Origin: Candidatus Latescibacterota bacterium
GTDB taxonomy: Bacteria; Latescibacterota; UBA2968; UBA8231
DNA: 64,000 bases
Direction of reading: 5' to 3'
NCBI GenBank assembly: GCA_965223905.1
Contig: CBDCXV010000010.1
Span: forward strand, 384,001 to 448,000
Position 1 is the stretch's first letter. Each line of letters starts with the position of its first letter. Below are positions 21,221-30,745 of the stretch, in pieces. The notes under the pieces are model-generated. The model saw only the letters and a list, made by a program, of their open reading frames with translations. It did no database searches and was not told the origin of the DNA. The position numbers were made by a program, and so were the translations under genes.

Positions 21221-21464
21221 ATTCGCGGGCCTCGCTTCTGGTGGCCTTGCGCAGGCTGATAATTCGGGTGTCCCTGCTCTGGTCTGCGAAGACAACAACG
21301 TGAAGATTTGCGCCGATAAAACCCGTGGCGATCCAGCGGGATTCGGCGTGATCTCCATCCATATCAACTACAGCGTTTTCCCACTCAAATGCCTCCATGT
21401 CGACAAAGTCCACGCCATGTTTCGTCAAATTGCCTCGCCGTTTGTCTTCGTCCCATTGGTACAT
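21201..21464 (-). CDS. brnT: BrnT family toxin (DUF497)
   Basis: YQWDEDKRRGNLTKHGVDF...ESRWIATG...RIISLRKATRSE, a classic BrnT; overlaps the next start by 20 nt. Confidence 0.9.
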   Translation of the reverse strand: MYQWDEDKRRGNLTKHGVDFVDMEAFEWENAVVDMDGDHAESRWIATGFIGANLHVVVFADQSRDTRIISLRKATRSEAREYAKRQK

Positions 21465-21708
21465 TGCATTTGCGTGCCATGATCCATTTCAATTTGGAAT
21501 AAACTCTCGTCTGGTAGCTGTCAATTCATGAGAGCCGATTCATCCGACCTGATCCGAGTTCAGCAAATCCCATTCGCCAGCTATAACATCTTACCTGCCT
21601 GACAATTGCCAAGAGTTTCCTTTCCTGCCGGCCACCGTATCCTGCAGCATGGGTAAAAAACGTGGGGGAACGCCGGAAACGAATTGACTGCTGACTTCCC
21701 CACCTCCG

Positions 21709-22076
21709 TCAGGCGCCCCGGCGGTTGTCCCGGGAGCGCGGCGCCAGGTCGAACCAGGTCTCGTGGCCTCCGAGAAGCGCTTGAGCTCGTCGACCATCAG
21801 GGTGAAATACTGCTGCCTCACCGCGGGACCGTACCAGCCGATATGCGGACTCAGGAACACGTTCGGCAGCTCGAGGATCTCGCAGTCGGGGGAGATCGGC
21901 TCCGGATCGAAGACGTCGAGCCCAGCGGTGATGTCCCCTCTCTTCAGCCGTTCAATGAGGGCCTGCGGATCGACGATCGGCCCGCGCGACACGTTGACGA
22001 AAGTGCACCCCGGCCGGATCAGGTCGAGCTCGGCGCGGCCGACCATGCGCCGCGTCTTCGGGGTGAGAGAGGCCAG
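21709..22076 (-). pseudogene. D-2-hydroxyacid dehydrogenase C-terminal remnant
   Basis: LASLTPKTRRMVG...FVNVSRGPIVD...AGLDVFDPEP...NVFLSPHIG. N-terminal portion absent; frameshift near 21770. Confidence 0.8.
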
Positions 22077-22087
22077 GTCCGGACGGC

Positions 22088-22963
22088 TCACTGTTCCCAG
22101 CGTTCCGGGGCGATCGCCGGTGCGTCCGACCTCATCCCCACCGGCTTGTGGGGCTGCTCCCAGTCGACCCCCGAGGTGTTGAGGCTCTGCAGGAAGCGCC
22201 GGGCCACGGCCGGGGCCGCGGCGACCAGCTCGGGGTCCCAATCCTCCATCGGCTGGATGGGGCCGGCCCAGGCGGGACGGTAGCCCAGCTGCACCAGGGT
22301 GCGCAGCGAATCCGACCGGTTGGGGTGGGTGCCGTGAAAGATGTTGACCGGAAATACCGCGGCGGTCCCCGCCTTTGCGCAGATGGTCACCTCTCCCGGG
22401 TGCGACTTGTAGCGCACGTACGGGTTGGCGTCGACGTGAAAGGAGAGGTGCGAGCGCGGCAGTACGCGCAGGGGGGCCCGCTCGGGGGTGAGGTCGTCGA
22501 GGTAGTAGAGCACCCGCAGCAGCTTCGGGGAGCTGCCCTCGTACCCGAAGATCGAGGAGCCGAACGGCTGCCCGTCGGTGTGCAGGGAGATCGGTGGGGA
22601 CCCGGACAGGGTGCGCGTGAACAGCCCGCGGGTGAAGACGATCTCCTCGCCGCACAGCGCCTCGAGGAACTCGACCACCGGCGGGTTGGCGATCACTTCC
22701 GCCAACGCCGGGCTGTACCACTGCGGCTCGCGGTGGTAGGTCTGGCAGTCGCTGTAATCTTTCGTCCCCATCGGCGCGTCCGCCATCTCCTGCTTGATGC
22801 GGCCCATGTGATCGGCGTCGAGCACGCCGGGAAGGACGACGTACCCCTCGACCTCGAGGTGGCGCATCTTCTCCCCCAGGGTCATGGCGCCGTAGTCGGT
22901 CTCGTCGATGTTCATGAAGTCGATCCTCTCTTCGGGATCGAAGTTCAGGTCGCGTTTGGCCAT
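22088..22963 (-). CDS. PhyH family dioxygenase
   Basis: EVEGYVVLPGVL, LHTD, LYYLDDL, LPRSH, FHGTHPN...R; RBS ggaga. Confidence 0.85.
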   Translation of the reverse strand: MAKRDLNFDPEERIDFMNIDETDYGAMTLGEKMRHLEVEGYVVLPGVLDADHMGRIKQEMADAPMGTKDYSDCQTYHREPQWYSPALAEVIANPPVVEFLEALCGEEIVFTRGLFTRTLSGSPPISLHTDGQPFGSSIFGYEGSSPKLLRVLYYLDDLTPERAPLRVLPRSHLSFHVDANPYVRYKSHPGEVTICAKAGTAAVFPVNIFHGTHPNRSDSLRTLVQLGYRPAWAGPIQPMEDWDPELVAAAPAVARRFLQSLNTSGVDWEQPHKPVGMRSDAPAIAPERWEQ

Positions 22964-23097
22964 CGGTATTCTCCGCGTGTCTCCCGAGTCTCGGCCCCGC
23001 CGCGGCGAGGCATTACCGAGGCGAGGCATTACCGAAAAGTAAATAGGCAAACAGGTGGCCCGGAACAAGCGGCGGATGCCCCCGGCCTGCTGCACTC

Positions 23098-23429
23098 GAT
23101 CTCCGGGTGGTCAGTGGAGCAGGCGGCATCGAGGTGGAAATACTGCCATGTCCGCACGCGGAGGACTTTGCAATGGACTTCGAGGAGATGGGACGATCCG
23201 CGCCGCGGCCACCGCGGTCGATTCTCCGGGTGCCTCAGAGGAGCAAGCGACATCGAGGTGGCAGTACTGACATGCCCGCATGGCAGGAGTTCTCAATGGG
23301 CTTCGAGCAGATGGGACGATTCCGATGCCGCGGCCACCGCGCTTGATATCCGGGGTGCCTCAGTGGAGCAATCGTCACCGAAGTGGCCGCGCAGCCATTG
23401 TCTGCACCCCAGGACTTCGAATGGACTTC
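23098..23429. repeat. Degenerate intergenic tandem repeat, ~123-bp unit, about 2.7 copies
   Basis: Units start at 23098, 23220 and 23345. They share tccggg(g)tg..tcag.ggagca, ca.cga.gtgg and aatgg.cttc; the first two also share gatgggacgat and gccgcggccaccgcg. Confidence 0.85.
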
Positions 23430-23490
23430 CTGCGCCCGCACCATGCAGGGGATTTTTGGTTGGTCTTGCGAATCGGGGCGCCTGGGAACC

Positions 23491-25179
23491 CTATCCACCC
23501 CCGACTTCGCTGGCGCCGCGCGCCCTCAGAAGGGCCGCGAGCTCCTCGTCGCCGCGCCCCAGCGCCGCGGAGAGCGGGGTCGTGCCGTCGTCGGCAGCGG
23601 CGGCGATATCGGCGCCGTGGGCGAGCAGCAGGTCGAGCACCTGTTCCCCTTCCGGGCTTGCGGTGACGCCGTGAACGGGGGTGTGGCCTGCCGCGAGGCG
23701 GGCCTTCGCCAGGGCCGGATCGGATTCCAGGACCGCGGCGAGCTGCTCAACCCTGCCCCAAGCCGTCAGGTCGAACACGTCCCTGCTGTGATCGAGCAGC
23801 AGGTCGCGAAGCTCGAAGTGGCCGGCGTGATTGGCGAAGCCTACCGGGGTGGCGTCGTGGTCCCTCTCCCGGATCTCGCAGTTCGCCCCGCGAGCCAGCA
23901 GCAGGCGGACGACCTCGCCGCTGTTCTCCCAGGCGGCCCAGTGCAGGGAGACGCGGCCCCTCTCGTTCGGCGCGTCGGGGTCGGCCCCGAGATCGAGGAG
24001 CAGGCGGGTCGCCGCGGCATTGGTCACCGCTTCCTGGAGCAGCTCGGGGTTCTCTATCAGGCCGGGTGCTTCCGCGAGCAGCTGATTCGCCCTGCCCTCG
24101 TCGCCGCTCATCACTGCCGCGGTGAAGCGGTCTTCCAGGGACAGCTCCACGACTTCGGCGCCGTGTCGAGCCAGCATTTCCGCAATCTCCGGAAAGCCCC
24201 CGAGAACGGCGTTCTCGTAGTTCGAGCGGCCCTTGTAGAGATCGGGGGCCGTCACGTCGGCGCCGTGCTCCAGCAGCAGGGACACCCTTTCGGGGAATCC
24301 CCTCTTGACCGCCTGGGACAACTGGTAGTCGAGGGTCCTCAGCGGCGGGTCGTGGGAGGGATAGACCACTGCGGCTGCCTCAAGCCCGCGCGACAGGAAC
24401 AGCTCCAGCCACTGGTTGTCCGGGGTGAACATCGTGTTGTAGAGCCCCTGCGCGTCGTTCGGGTCGGCCCCGGCGTCGAGCAGGATCGCCGCCAGCTCGC
24501 GGGCCCGCGGGTGGGGCGGCTGCTGCAGGAGGCCATGCTCCCCCTCCCCCATGACCCCGGTCAGGGCAGACCAGCTCCAGCCGCCCCGCTCCTCCGGTCC
24601 CACGCAGGTGTCGCCCGGGGCGCCGGCGGCGAGCAGCAGCTCAGCCGCGGCCACGGCGTCGCGCCGTGGCGTATCCTCCGGCACCCGGCTGAAACAGAGG
24701 TAGAGGAGCGGCGGCCAGTCGCGCGGCCCTCCGGGGGCGACTGCGCTGTCCGCATCCCGGGTCAGATGCCGCAGGGCTTCGACATCGGAAGCGGCCGCGG
24801 CGGCCCAGGGGTGCACCCAGGAGATCCCGGGAGTTTCGCCCAGCATGCGGGCGGCGCGCTCGCGGCGGCTGACGTGGTCGTCGCCGCGATACGACAGGCA
24901 GGCGAGCTCGGCGAACAGATCGGCCAGATCCTCAAGAGTTCCCGAAACCCCGGCCTCCTCCTCGAAGGCCCGCTGCAACTCCCACCAGCCAGGATGCCCG
25001 TATTTCCGGGCAACCACCAACAGGGCGTCGCGACAGGTGCTGAACTCTCCCGGGTCCGGATGGTGCTCGCGGATGAGCTCGAGCGCTTCATGCGGTTTGC
25101 GCCGGGCCCGGTCGAGAAGGGATTTCGCCTCCCTGCGGAGACTGGACAGGCTGGGACGGCTGGATCTATCGACGGACAT
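23491..25179 (-). CDS. Ankyrin repeat protein
   Basis: Repeated LLxxGADP/GxxxLHxAA motifs; N-terminal PSLSSLRREAK...VARKYGHPGW segment. Confidence 0.9.
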   Translation of the reverse strand: MSVDRSSRPSLSSLRREAKSLLDRARRKPHEALELIREHHPDPGEFSTCRDALLVVARKYGHPGWWELQRAFEEEAGVSGTLEDLADLFAELACLSYRGDDHVSRRERAARMLGETPGISWVHPWAAAAASDVEALRHLTRDADSAVAPGGPRDWPPLLYLCFSRVPEDTPRRDAVAAAELLLAAGAPGDTCVGPEERGGWSWSALTGVMGEGEHGLLQQPPHPRARELAAILLDAGADPNDAQGLYNTMFTPDNQWLELFLSRGLEAAAVVYPSHDPPLRTLDYQLSQAVKRGFPERVSLLLEHGADVTAPDLYKGRSNYENAVLGGFPEIAEMLARHGAEVVELSLEDRFTAAVMSGDEGRANQLLAEAPGLIENPELLQEAVTNAAATRLLLDLGADPDAPNERGRVSLHWAAWENSGEVVRLLLARGANCEIRERDHDATPVGFANHAGHFELRDLLLDHSRDVFDLTAWGRVEQLAAVLESDPALAKARLAAGHTPVHGVTASPEGEQVLDLLLAHGADIAAAADDGTTPLSAALGRGDEELAALLRARGASEVGGG

Positions 25180-25426
25180 GGAGGTCCCTTTCGCGAAATA
25201 GTCCGGACCCGTTGTGACAGGCAGAATAGAAGGGTTTGTCGGAGGTTTGCCGGCTGCGGGATCGGCACCCAAGGGGACCCATTACCTGCCGCGACCTGAG
25301 GAGCTTCCGGGCAGCCCATTCGGGGTGCGGCCGGTCCCTGCGCCCCGCGTTGCAGCATTGGGCTCGCGCGCCGCGTTTCCTCCCGCGACTCGGCTCGAAA
25401 ACCCTGCCATCGGCCGAGCGAGTTAG

Positions 25427-25651
25427 CAGCCCGTTGATAAAGTTGCTCTGTAGGCGAGGCCGAGTCATGACGGTCGAAGACAAGGCGCGCGACCGAGTCG
25501 AATCGAGGGGATTCGGGGAGGGAGCGCAACGCCGTATTCGGACGCTCTTTCGAGCGTTTCAGGGAACGGCAAAGCCGTTCCCAACACGAACCCCAAGGGT
25601 TCGCGACCGTCAGGGCCGCCCGCAGCCCAGATGGACTTTTTCCACGGGCTG
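25427..25651. mobile_element. MITE (non-autonomous, IS5/IS1182-like ends), 225 bp
   Basis: TIRs CAGCCCGTTGATAAAG / CAGCCCGTGGAAAAAG (14 of 16 match), flanked by TTAG direct repeats at 25423-25426 and 25652-25655; internal hairpins; no transposase. Confidence 0.7.
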
Positions 25652-25748
25652 TTAGTCCCGATTCGAAGCCGCCTCCCCGCCAGAGGGAATGCTCGAACCC
25701 TCCGGTGGCACCCTGGCGGCTGGCTTTCGGCGATAATAGGTTCGGGCC

Positions 25749-26135
25749 ATGGGGTCGTCAAAACGAAATCAGCGGGCCAAAGAACGGCCCTCCCCCTCCG
25801 TCGAGGCCGAGTTGCTCGACGAAGCTGCCGCGGCGTCGATTTCCAGCCTGATCGGCATCGGCTGCCAGTCCGGGGACACGGTGATGGGCCTGTCCGCGGT
25901 GCGGCGCATCCGCGAGCTCGCCTACCTGTTCGCTTCCGCGGAGCTGGCAAAAGGTACCTGGAGAGAGCTCGGGCGGCGGCGGCGGACGGGAACGCGGCTC
26001 TTCCGGGTAGCGGATCTCTCCCGCCTCACCGCTGCCGCGGGCCGCGGCGACCTGTCGGTCGTCGGCGTGAAACCGGGAGGGTTGGCCGCCGGCATCGCCG
26101 CCCGCCTCGAGGCCCATGCAAAGGCAGACGCGTAA
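25749..26135 (+). CDS. L7Ae/L30e/YlxQ-like RNA-binding protein
   Basis: SLIGIGCQSGDTVMGLSAVR...LTAAAGRGDLSVVGVKPGGLA follows the L7Ae pattern; size fits. Confidence 0.55.
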   Translation: MGSSKRNQRAKERPSPSVEAELLDEAAAASISSLIGIGCQSGDTVMGLSAVRRIRELAYLFASAELAKGTWRELGRRRRTGTRLFRVADLSRLTAAAGRGDLSVVGVKPGGLAAGIAARLEAHAKADA

Positions 26136-26171
26136 ACCGGACGGCCGCCACCCTTCACTAAGGAGAATTCC

Positions 26172-27602
26172 ATGCTCCAGCCGAAGCGGTTCCACCAGCT
26201 CTTTCTCGACGACGGCGCCATTCACTCGAGCGAGCGCATAACCCGGCGCCTGCACCAGCCGAAGAAGTGCGGCCCGCTGATAACCGGCGGGGTGCAGAGC
26301 CGCAACTCCCCGCAGTGGAACCCCGGCAAGCAGGTGTGGGAGTGGTGGTACTCCGGCGGCCTCCGCTACGCGACCTCCGCGGACGGGGAACACTGGGACC
26401 TTCCCCACCTCGGCCTCTACGAGTGGGAGGGGTCGCGGCAGAACAACCTCGCCGCGGACCCGGCCAGCGACGGCAGCGAGCGGGCCTACCACCTCGTGCG
26501 GGACGATGCCGATCCCGACCTGCAGCGGCGCTACAAGGGTCTGCTGGCGACCTGGGGCCGGCTGCCGGCGCTGTCGCCGGACGGCTTCCAATGGACGCCG
26601 ACCGGCGCCCCGGCGATCCCCAGCAGCGACGAGTCGCAGTTTACCTGGGATCCTTACAGCAGCCAGTACCTGGCGATGGTCAAGCAGGGAACCGAATGGG
26701 GGCGCTCGGTATTCCTTTCGACGAGCGGCCCCGACTTCGAGGAGTTCAGCGAGCCGAGGCTGATCTTCCACTCCGACGAGATCGACCACGAGAACTGCCG
26801 GCAGCGGGTGCGCAAAATCATCGAGGACCCGGCCTACGTGACCCCGGCCGCGGTCGACGGCGAAGACTACATCGCCGAGGTCTACAACATGGCCGTCTTC
26901 CCCTACCAGGGGCTCTACGTCGGCTTCCCTGTGCTGTTCAATCCCTTCGGCGCCAATCCCCCGCCGGCAACCAACTTCGACCGCATCAACCAGGTGGAGC
27001 TCAGCGTCTCCCGCGACCTCTATCACTGGGAGCGAGTCGCCGACCGCGCCGTCTTCCTCGGGGTCGAACCCTACGACGGGGAGACCTACGATACCGGGCA
27101 GCTGTTGATGGCCGGACAGCCGGTCGTCCGCGACGACGGCGAGATCTGGTGCTACTACAACGGCCTCAGGTGGGGTACGTCCATGCAGAACTACGAGCGC
27201 CGCGGCAAGCTGGACGAGCTGCATCGCATGGGGGTCGATCCCCACCACTTCGACGACAGCGGGGCCCTGTCGCTGGCCAGGCTGCGGCCCGACGGCTTCG
27301 TGTCGCTCGAGGGCAGCGACAACGGCGTCGTCACGACGCGGCCGTTCGAGCTGAATGGGGAGGAGGTCTTCATCAACGCCGATGCCCGCTGGGGGGAGAT
27401 CTACACCGAGATCCTCGACGCCGAGTCGGGCCGGCCGATTCCCGGTTTCTGGGTGCCGTCCGAGCGCCCGCCCCCCTTCACCGGCGACTCGACCCGCGCC
27501 CGGGTAGCCTGGAAGAATGGGCACGGATTCCTGTTCGACAGGCCGGTGCAGCTTCGGTTCTACCTGCACCGGGCGAGCCTGTTCTCCTTCTGGATCGAGT
27601 GA
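26172..27602 (+). CDS. Five-bladed beta-propeller glycoside hydrolase-like protein
   Basis: QLFLDD, YATSADGEHW, SPDGFQW, SRDLYHWER and RPDGFVSL repeats; RBS aaggag. Confidence 0.65.
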   Translation: MLQPKRFHQLFLDDGAIHSSERITRRLHQPKKCGPLITGGVQSRNSPQWNPGKQVWEWWYSGGLRYATSADGEHWDLPHLGLYEWEGSRQNNLAADPASDGSERAYHLVRDDADPDLQRRYKGLLATWGRLPALSPDGFQWTPTGAPAIPSSDESQFTWDPYSSQYLAMVKQGTEWGRSVFLSTSGPDFEEFSEPRLIFHSDEIDHENCRQRVRKIIEDPAYVTPAAVDGEDYIAEVYNMAVFPYQGLYVGFPVLFNPFGANPPPATNFDRINQVELSVSRDLYHWERVADRAVFLGVEPYDGETYDTGQLLMAGQPVVRDDGEIWCYYNGLRWGTSMQNYERRGKLDELHRMGVDPHHFDDSGALSLARLRPDGFVSLEGSDNGVVTTRPFELNGEEVFINADARWGEIYTEILDAESGRPIPGFWVPSERPPPFTGDSTRARVAWKNGHGFLFDRPVQLRFYLHRASLFSFWIE

Positions 27603-27961
27603 GCCGCTGTCCCTGAGGCCGGCAGGGACCGTATGGCGAAACGCTGGCTCTCGTGGGCAGGGCAGATGCTGCGGCCGGGGGTTGCATCCATCATGCGATT
27701 ACCGGAGGTATTGCTGCCCGGAGTGGACAACCCTCCGGTGGCCAGCGCGCGATTTGCCGGGATCCCGCCTCGAAGGAAGGGCTTGGTATCCGCCGCCCCT
27801 GCCGCCGGCCCGGGAACGGGCAGGTGGCCGCAGCGGGATGATCGCCCGGGATTCCGCCGCCGGGTGAAGGGGAGGCTATCCCCCGCCACTGCCGGTGCGC
27901 CGGCCCGGAACACCGGAGGCTTCCCGAAGTAAGCCGAGGCCGGGATTTCCTCCGCGGACAG

Positions 27962-28903
27962 CTACGGGGTCTGCGCCCCGTTCGTCTCGAGATAGACGGA
28001 GAACAGCGACTGCGAGCAGGTCATGAACAGCCGGTTCTTCCTGCGGCCGCCGAAGCAGAGATTGGAGCAGGGAGCCGGCAGGTGGATCTTGCCGATCAGG
28101 GCGCCGTCCGGGGCGAAGCAGTGGACGCCGTCGAACCCCTCTCCCCCCCAGCAGGCCCCCGACCACAGGTTGCCGTCCAGGTCCGTGCGGATGCCGTCCG
28201 AGGCGCCCGGCTCCATGTCGGCGAAGACGCGGCCGTTGGCGAGGCGCTCCCCCTCGACGTCGAAGACGCGGATGTGGGTCGGGTGCTCCGGACCGTCGGA
28301 GCGCCCGGTGTCGACGACGTAGAGCAGCGACTCGTCCGGGCTGAAGCAGATGCCGTTCGGGCGCCGGAAGTCCCCTGCCGCCACTGTCGCTTCTCCGGTT
28401 TCCGGGTCGAGGCGGTAGACGTTGGCGGCGTTCTCGAAGGGGGCCCGGGCGCCCTCGTAATCCATCAGGATGCCGTACCCCGGGTCGGTGAACCAGATCG
28501 ATCCGTCCGACTTGACCACGATATCGTTCGGTGCGTTCAGCGGCCGCCCCTGGAAGCGGTCCATGAGCACGGTGATCGTGCCGTCGTGCCCGGTGCGGGT
28601 GACCCGGCGGGTGCGGTGCTCGCAGGTGACGAGGCGGCCCTGGCGGTCACGGGTGTTGCCGTTGCTGTTGTTGGAGGGCTTGCGGAAGACGGACACCTCC
28701 CCGGTCTCCTCCTCCCACTTGAGGATGCGGTCGTTGGGGATGTCGCTGAACAGCAGGTAGCGGCCGTCGCCGAACCAGACCGGCCCCTCGAGCCAGCGCC
28801 CCCCGGTCCACAGCATCTCGAGGGCGGCGTTGGCGAGCTTGTAGCGGGCGAAGCGGTCGTCGAGCACTTCGATGCGGCTGTCTGGATATCTCACGAGCTC
28901 CAT
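27962..28903 (-). CDS. SMP-30/gluconolactonase family protein
   Basis: WLEGPVW, FSDIPND, NAPND, PNGICFSPDE and DGIRTD motifs. Confidence 0.9.
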   Translation of the reverse strand: MELVRYPDSRIEVLDDRFARYKLANAALEMLWTGGRWLEGPVWFGDGRYLLFSDIPNDRILKWEEETGEVSVFRKPSNNSNGNTRDRQGRLVTCEHRTRRVTRTGHDGTITVLMDRFQGRPLNAPNDIVVKSDGSIWFTDPGYGILMDYEGARAPFENAANVYRLDPETGEATVAAGDFRRPNGICFSPDESLLYVVDTGRSDGPEHPTHIRVFDVEGERLANGRVFADMEPGASDGIRTDLDGNLWSGACWGGEGFDGVHCFAPDGALIGKIHLPAPCSNLCFGGRRKNRLFMTCSQSLFSVYLETNGAQTP

Positions 28904-28951
28904 ATCTATCTTCCCCGGGCTTTCAATTCCACCACAACGGAGGGACTGCGA

Positions 28952-29596
28952 ATGAAGGTTCTGGTATTGTCGGGCGAGAATCACGGCTTCGGGCAGAGCG
29001 CCGAGGTGATCTGCGGATTCCTAAATACGGCCGGGGACCTCGAAGCGCAACTCGACGGCGACAAGGGCATTCTCGCCTCCGCGGCGCTGCGCGAGTTCGA
29101 CGTCTGCGTCTTCGGCACCGGGTTCACCCGCACTTTCCAGGGGCCGGACGGCGACATCCGGCGGGAGCCAGATCTCACGCCGGAACAGGAGGACGGGCTT
29201 TTCGATTTCGTCGCCGGCGGCAAGGGCCTGGTCGGAGTCCACGGCACCGGCTGGTGGGTCGGGGCGCGGGCGGTCGATCTCCTGGGCGGGCACGCCAACT
29301 GGCATCCTCCCGGGCTGACCTTCACCGTCAACATCGAGGACGGCACCCACCCGGTGACCCGGGGCATCTCCGACTTCGAGGTCGAGGACGAGATCTACAT
29401 GTCGGCCTGGGACCCCGCCATCCACATCCTCGCCACGGCCGATTGGAGCGACAAGCAGCACCCGATGGCCTGGGTCAAGCCGTACAAGGCGGGGCGGGTC
29501 TTCTACACCGCCCTCGGGCATACCGCCGGCACCTTCCAGCGCCCGGCCATGCAGGCGCTGATGACCCAGGGGGTGCGCTGGGCGGGGTCGAACTGA
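28952..29596 (+). CDS. ThuA (trehalose utilisation) domain protein
   Basis: FVAGGKGLVGVH, HPVTRG, DEIY, GRVFYTALGH. Confidence 0.85.
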   Translation: MKVLVLSGENHGFGQSAEVICGFLNTAGDLEAQLDGDKGILASAALREFDVCVFGTGFTRTFQGPDGDIRREPDLTPEQEDGLFDFVAGGKGLVGVHGTGWWVGARAVDLLGGHANWHPPGLTFTVNIEDGTHPVTRGISDFEVEDEIYMSAWDPAIHILATADWSDKQHPMAWVKPYKAGRVFYTALGHTAGTFQRPAMQALMTQGVRWAGSN

Positions 29597-29622
29597 GCCC
29601 CCGGCGCGGCGGGAGCTGAGCC

Positions 29623-30555
29623 ATGGCCATCGCCATGACCGGAGAGCAGCGGCGGGACTTCGAGGAGAAGGGGTACGTCATCCTCGACGACTTCCTCGAA
29701 CCGCTCGAAGTAGGCCGCCTGCTCGAAGCAGTCGACGAGGTGGCGGCCCGCCTCAGGGAATCGACCGGCCTCGGTCCCGAGGAACCCTTCGCCGTCCGCA
29801 ATGCCCTCGCCCAGCACGACGCCTTCCTCGACCTGATCGATCACCCGAAGGCCTTGCCGCTGGTCGTCGACGCCATCGGCTGGAACATCCAGATCCGCAC
29901 CTCCCACCTCGACTACCGGCCCCCCTATCCCGGCCGGATGCAAGCCGGGGGGGTCGGCCGCGGCGACGGGGAGGATCACCAGGCCGGGTACCGCAACATC
30001 AACTGGCACCCGGATCTCGCCGGCAGCTACCTGTTCGAGGCCCCCTCCCTCGACGGGAGGCTGCCGTTCATGGAGGTCAAGATCTTCTACGCCCTGTCCG
30101 ATCTCAGCGAGTCGAACTCGGGTAACCTCTGGGTGATGCCCGGCAGCCACCTGCGGCCGCCGCAGGAGCTGCGGGACGGGTCCGCAGTCGACCTCGACGC
30201 CGCGGTCGAGCTGAGGATTCCCCCGGGCACCGCGGTGCTGTGGCGCACCGCGACCTGGCACTGCGTCGGCCCCAACCTGTCGGCGAGGACGCGCATGATC
30301 ATGCACGTAGGCTATCACTACCGCTGGCTGCGCCCGACCGACTACATCGAGCAGGACCCCGGGCTTATCGCGCGCTGCTCCCCGATCCGCCGCCAGCTTC
30401 TGGGAGCGCTGGCCACCGGGTCGCCTCCCCTCGGGGAGACCCCGGAGTTCCACCCCGCCTCCCAGTACTGGATCACCTCGAACTGGGACGACGTCCCGCT
30501 CAAGGCGTGGGCGGAAGAGCGGGCCGGAGCCGCGGCGACCACCAGCCCTCTGTAG
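29623..30555 (+). CDS. PhyH family dioxygenase
   Basis: FEEKGYVIL, WHPD, GNLWVMPGSH, WHCVGPN...R. Confidence 0.88.
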   Translation: MAIAMTGEQRRDFEEKGYVILDDFLEPLEVGRLLEAVDEVAARLRESTGLGPEEPFAVRNALAQHDAFLDLIDHPKALPLVVDAIGWNIQIRTSHLDYRPPYPGRMQAGGVGRGDGEDHQAGYRNINWHPDLAGSYLFEAPSLDGRLPFMEVKIFYALSDLSESNSGNLWVMPGSHLRPPQELRDGSAVDLDAAVELRIPPGTAVLWRTATWHCVGPNLSARTRMIMHVGYHYRWLRPTDYIEQDPGLIARCSPIRRQLLGALATGSPPLGETPEFHPASQYWITSNWDDVPLKAWAEERAGAAATTSPL

Positions 30556-30745
30556 GCGGGGCCGCGGCCGGAGGGACCTGGAAGCGGTCGACCCGTCCGA
30601 GAACGGAAATTGGCGTTCGCAATCCCAGGAGCTGACGGCGAGGAGTTCCGTGAGGTCTACAAGGCACGCAGAATCAGAATCCGCTCTCTCAGGCCCGGCG
30701 GCGATTGCCGAAAGCCCTTTCACCAGCCCGACCAGGAGACCTCCC

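Noticed and set aside
23098-23429. CRISPR array interpretation
   Set aside because: Whole units are similar, with no conserved short repeat plus unique spacers, and there are no cas genes in the window.
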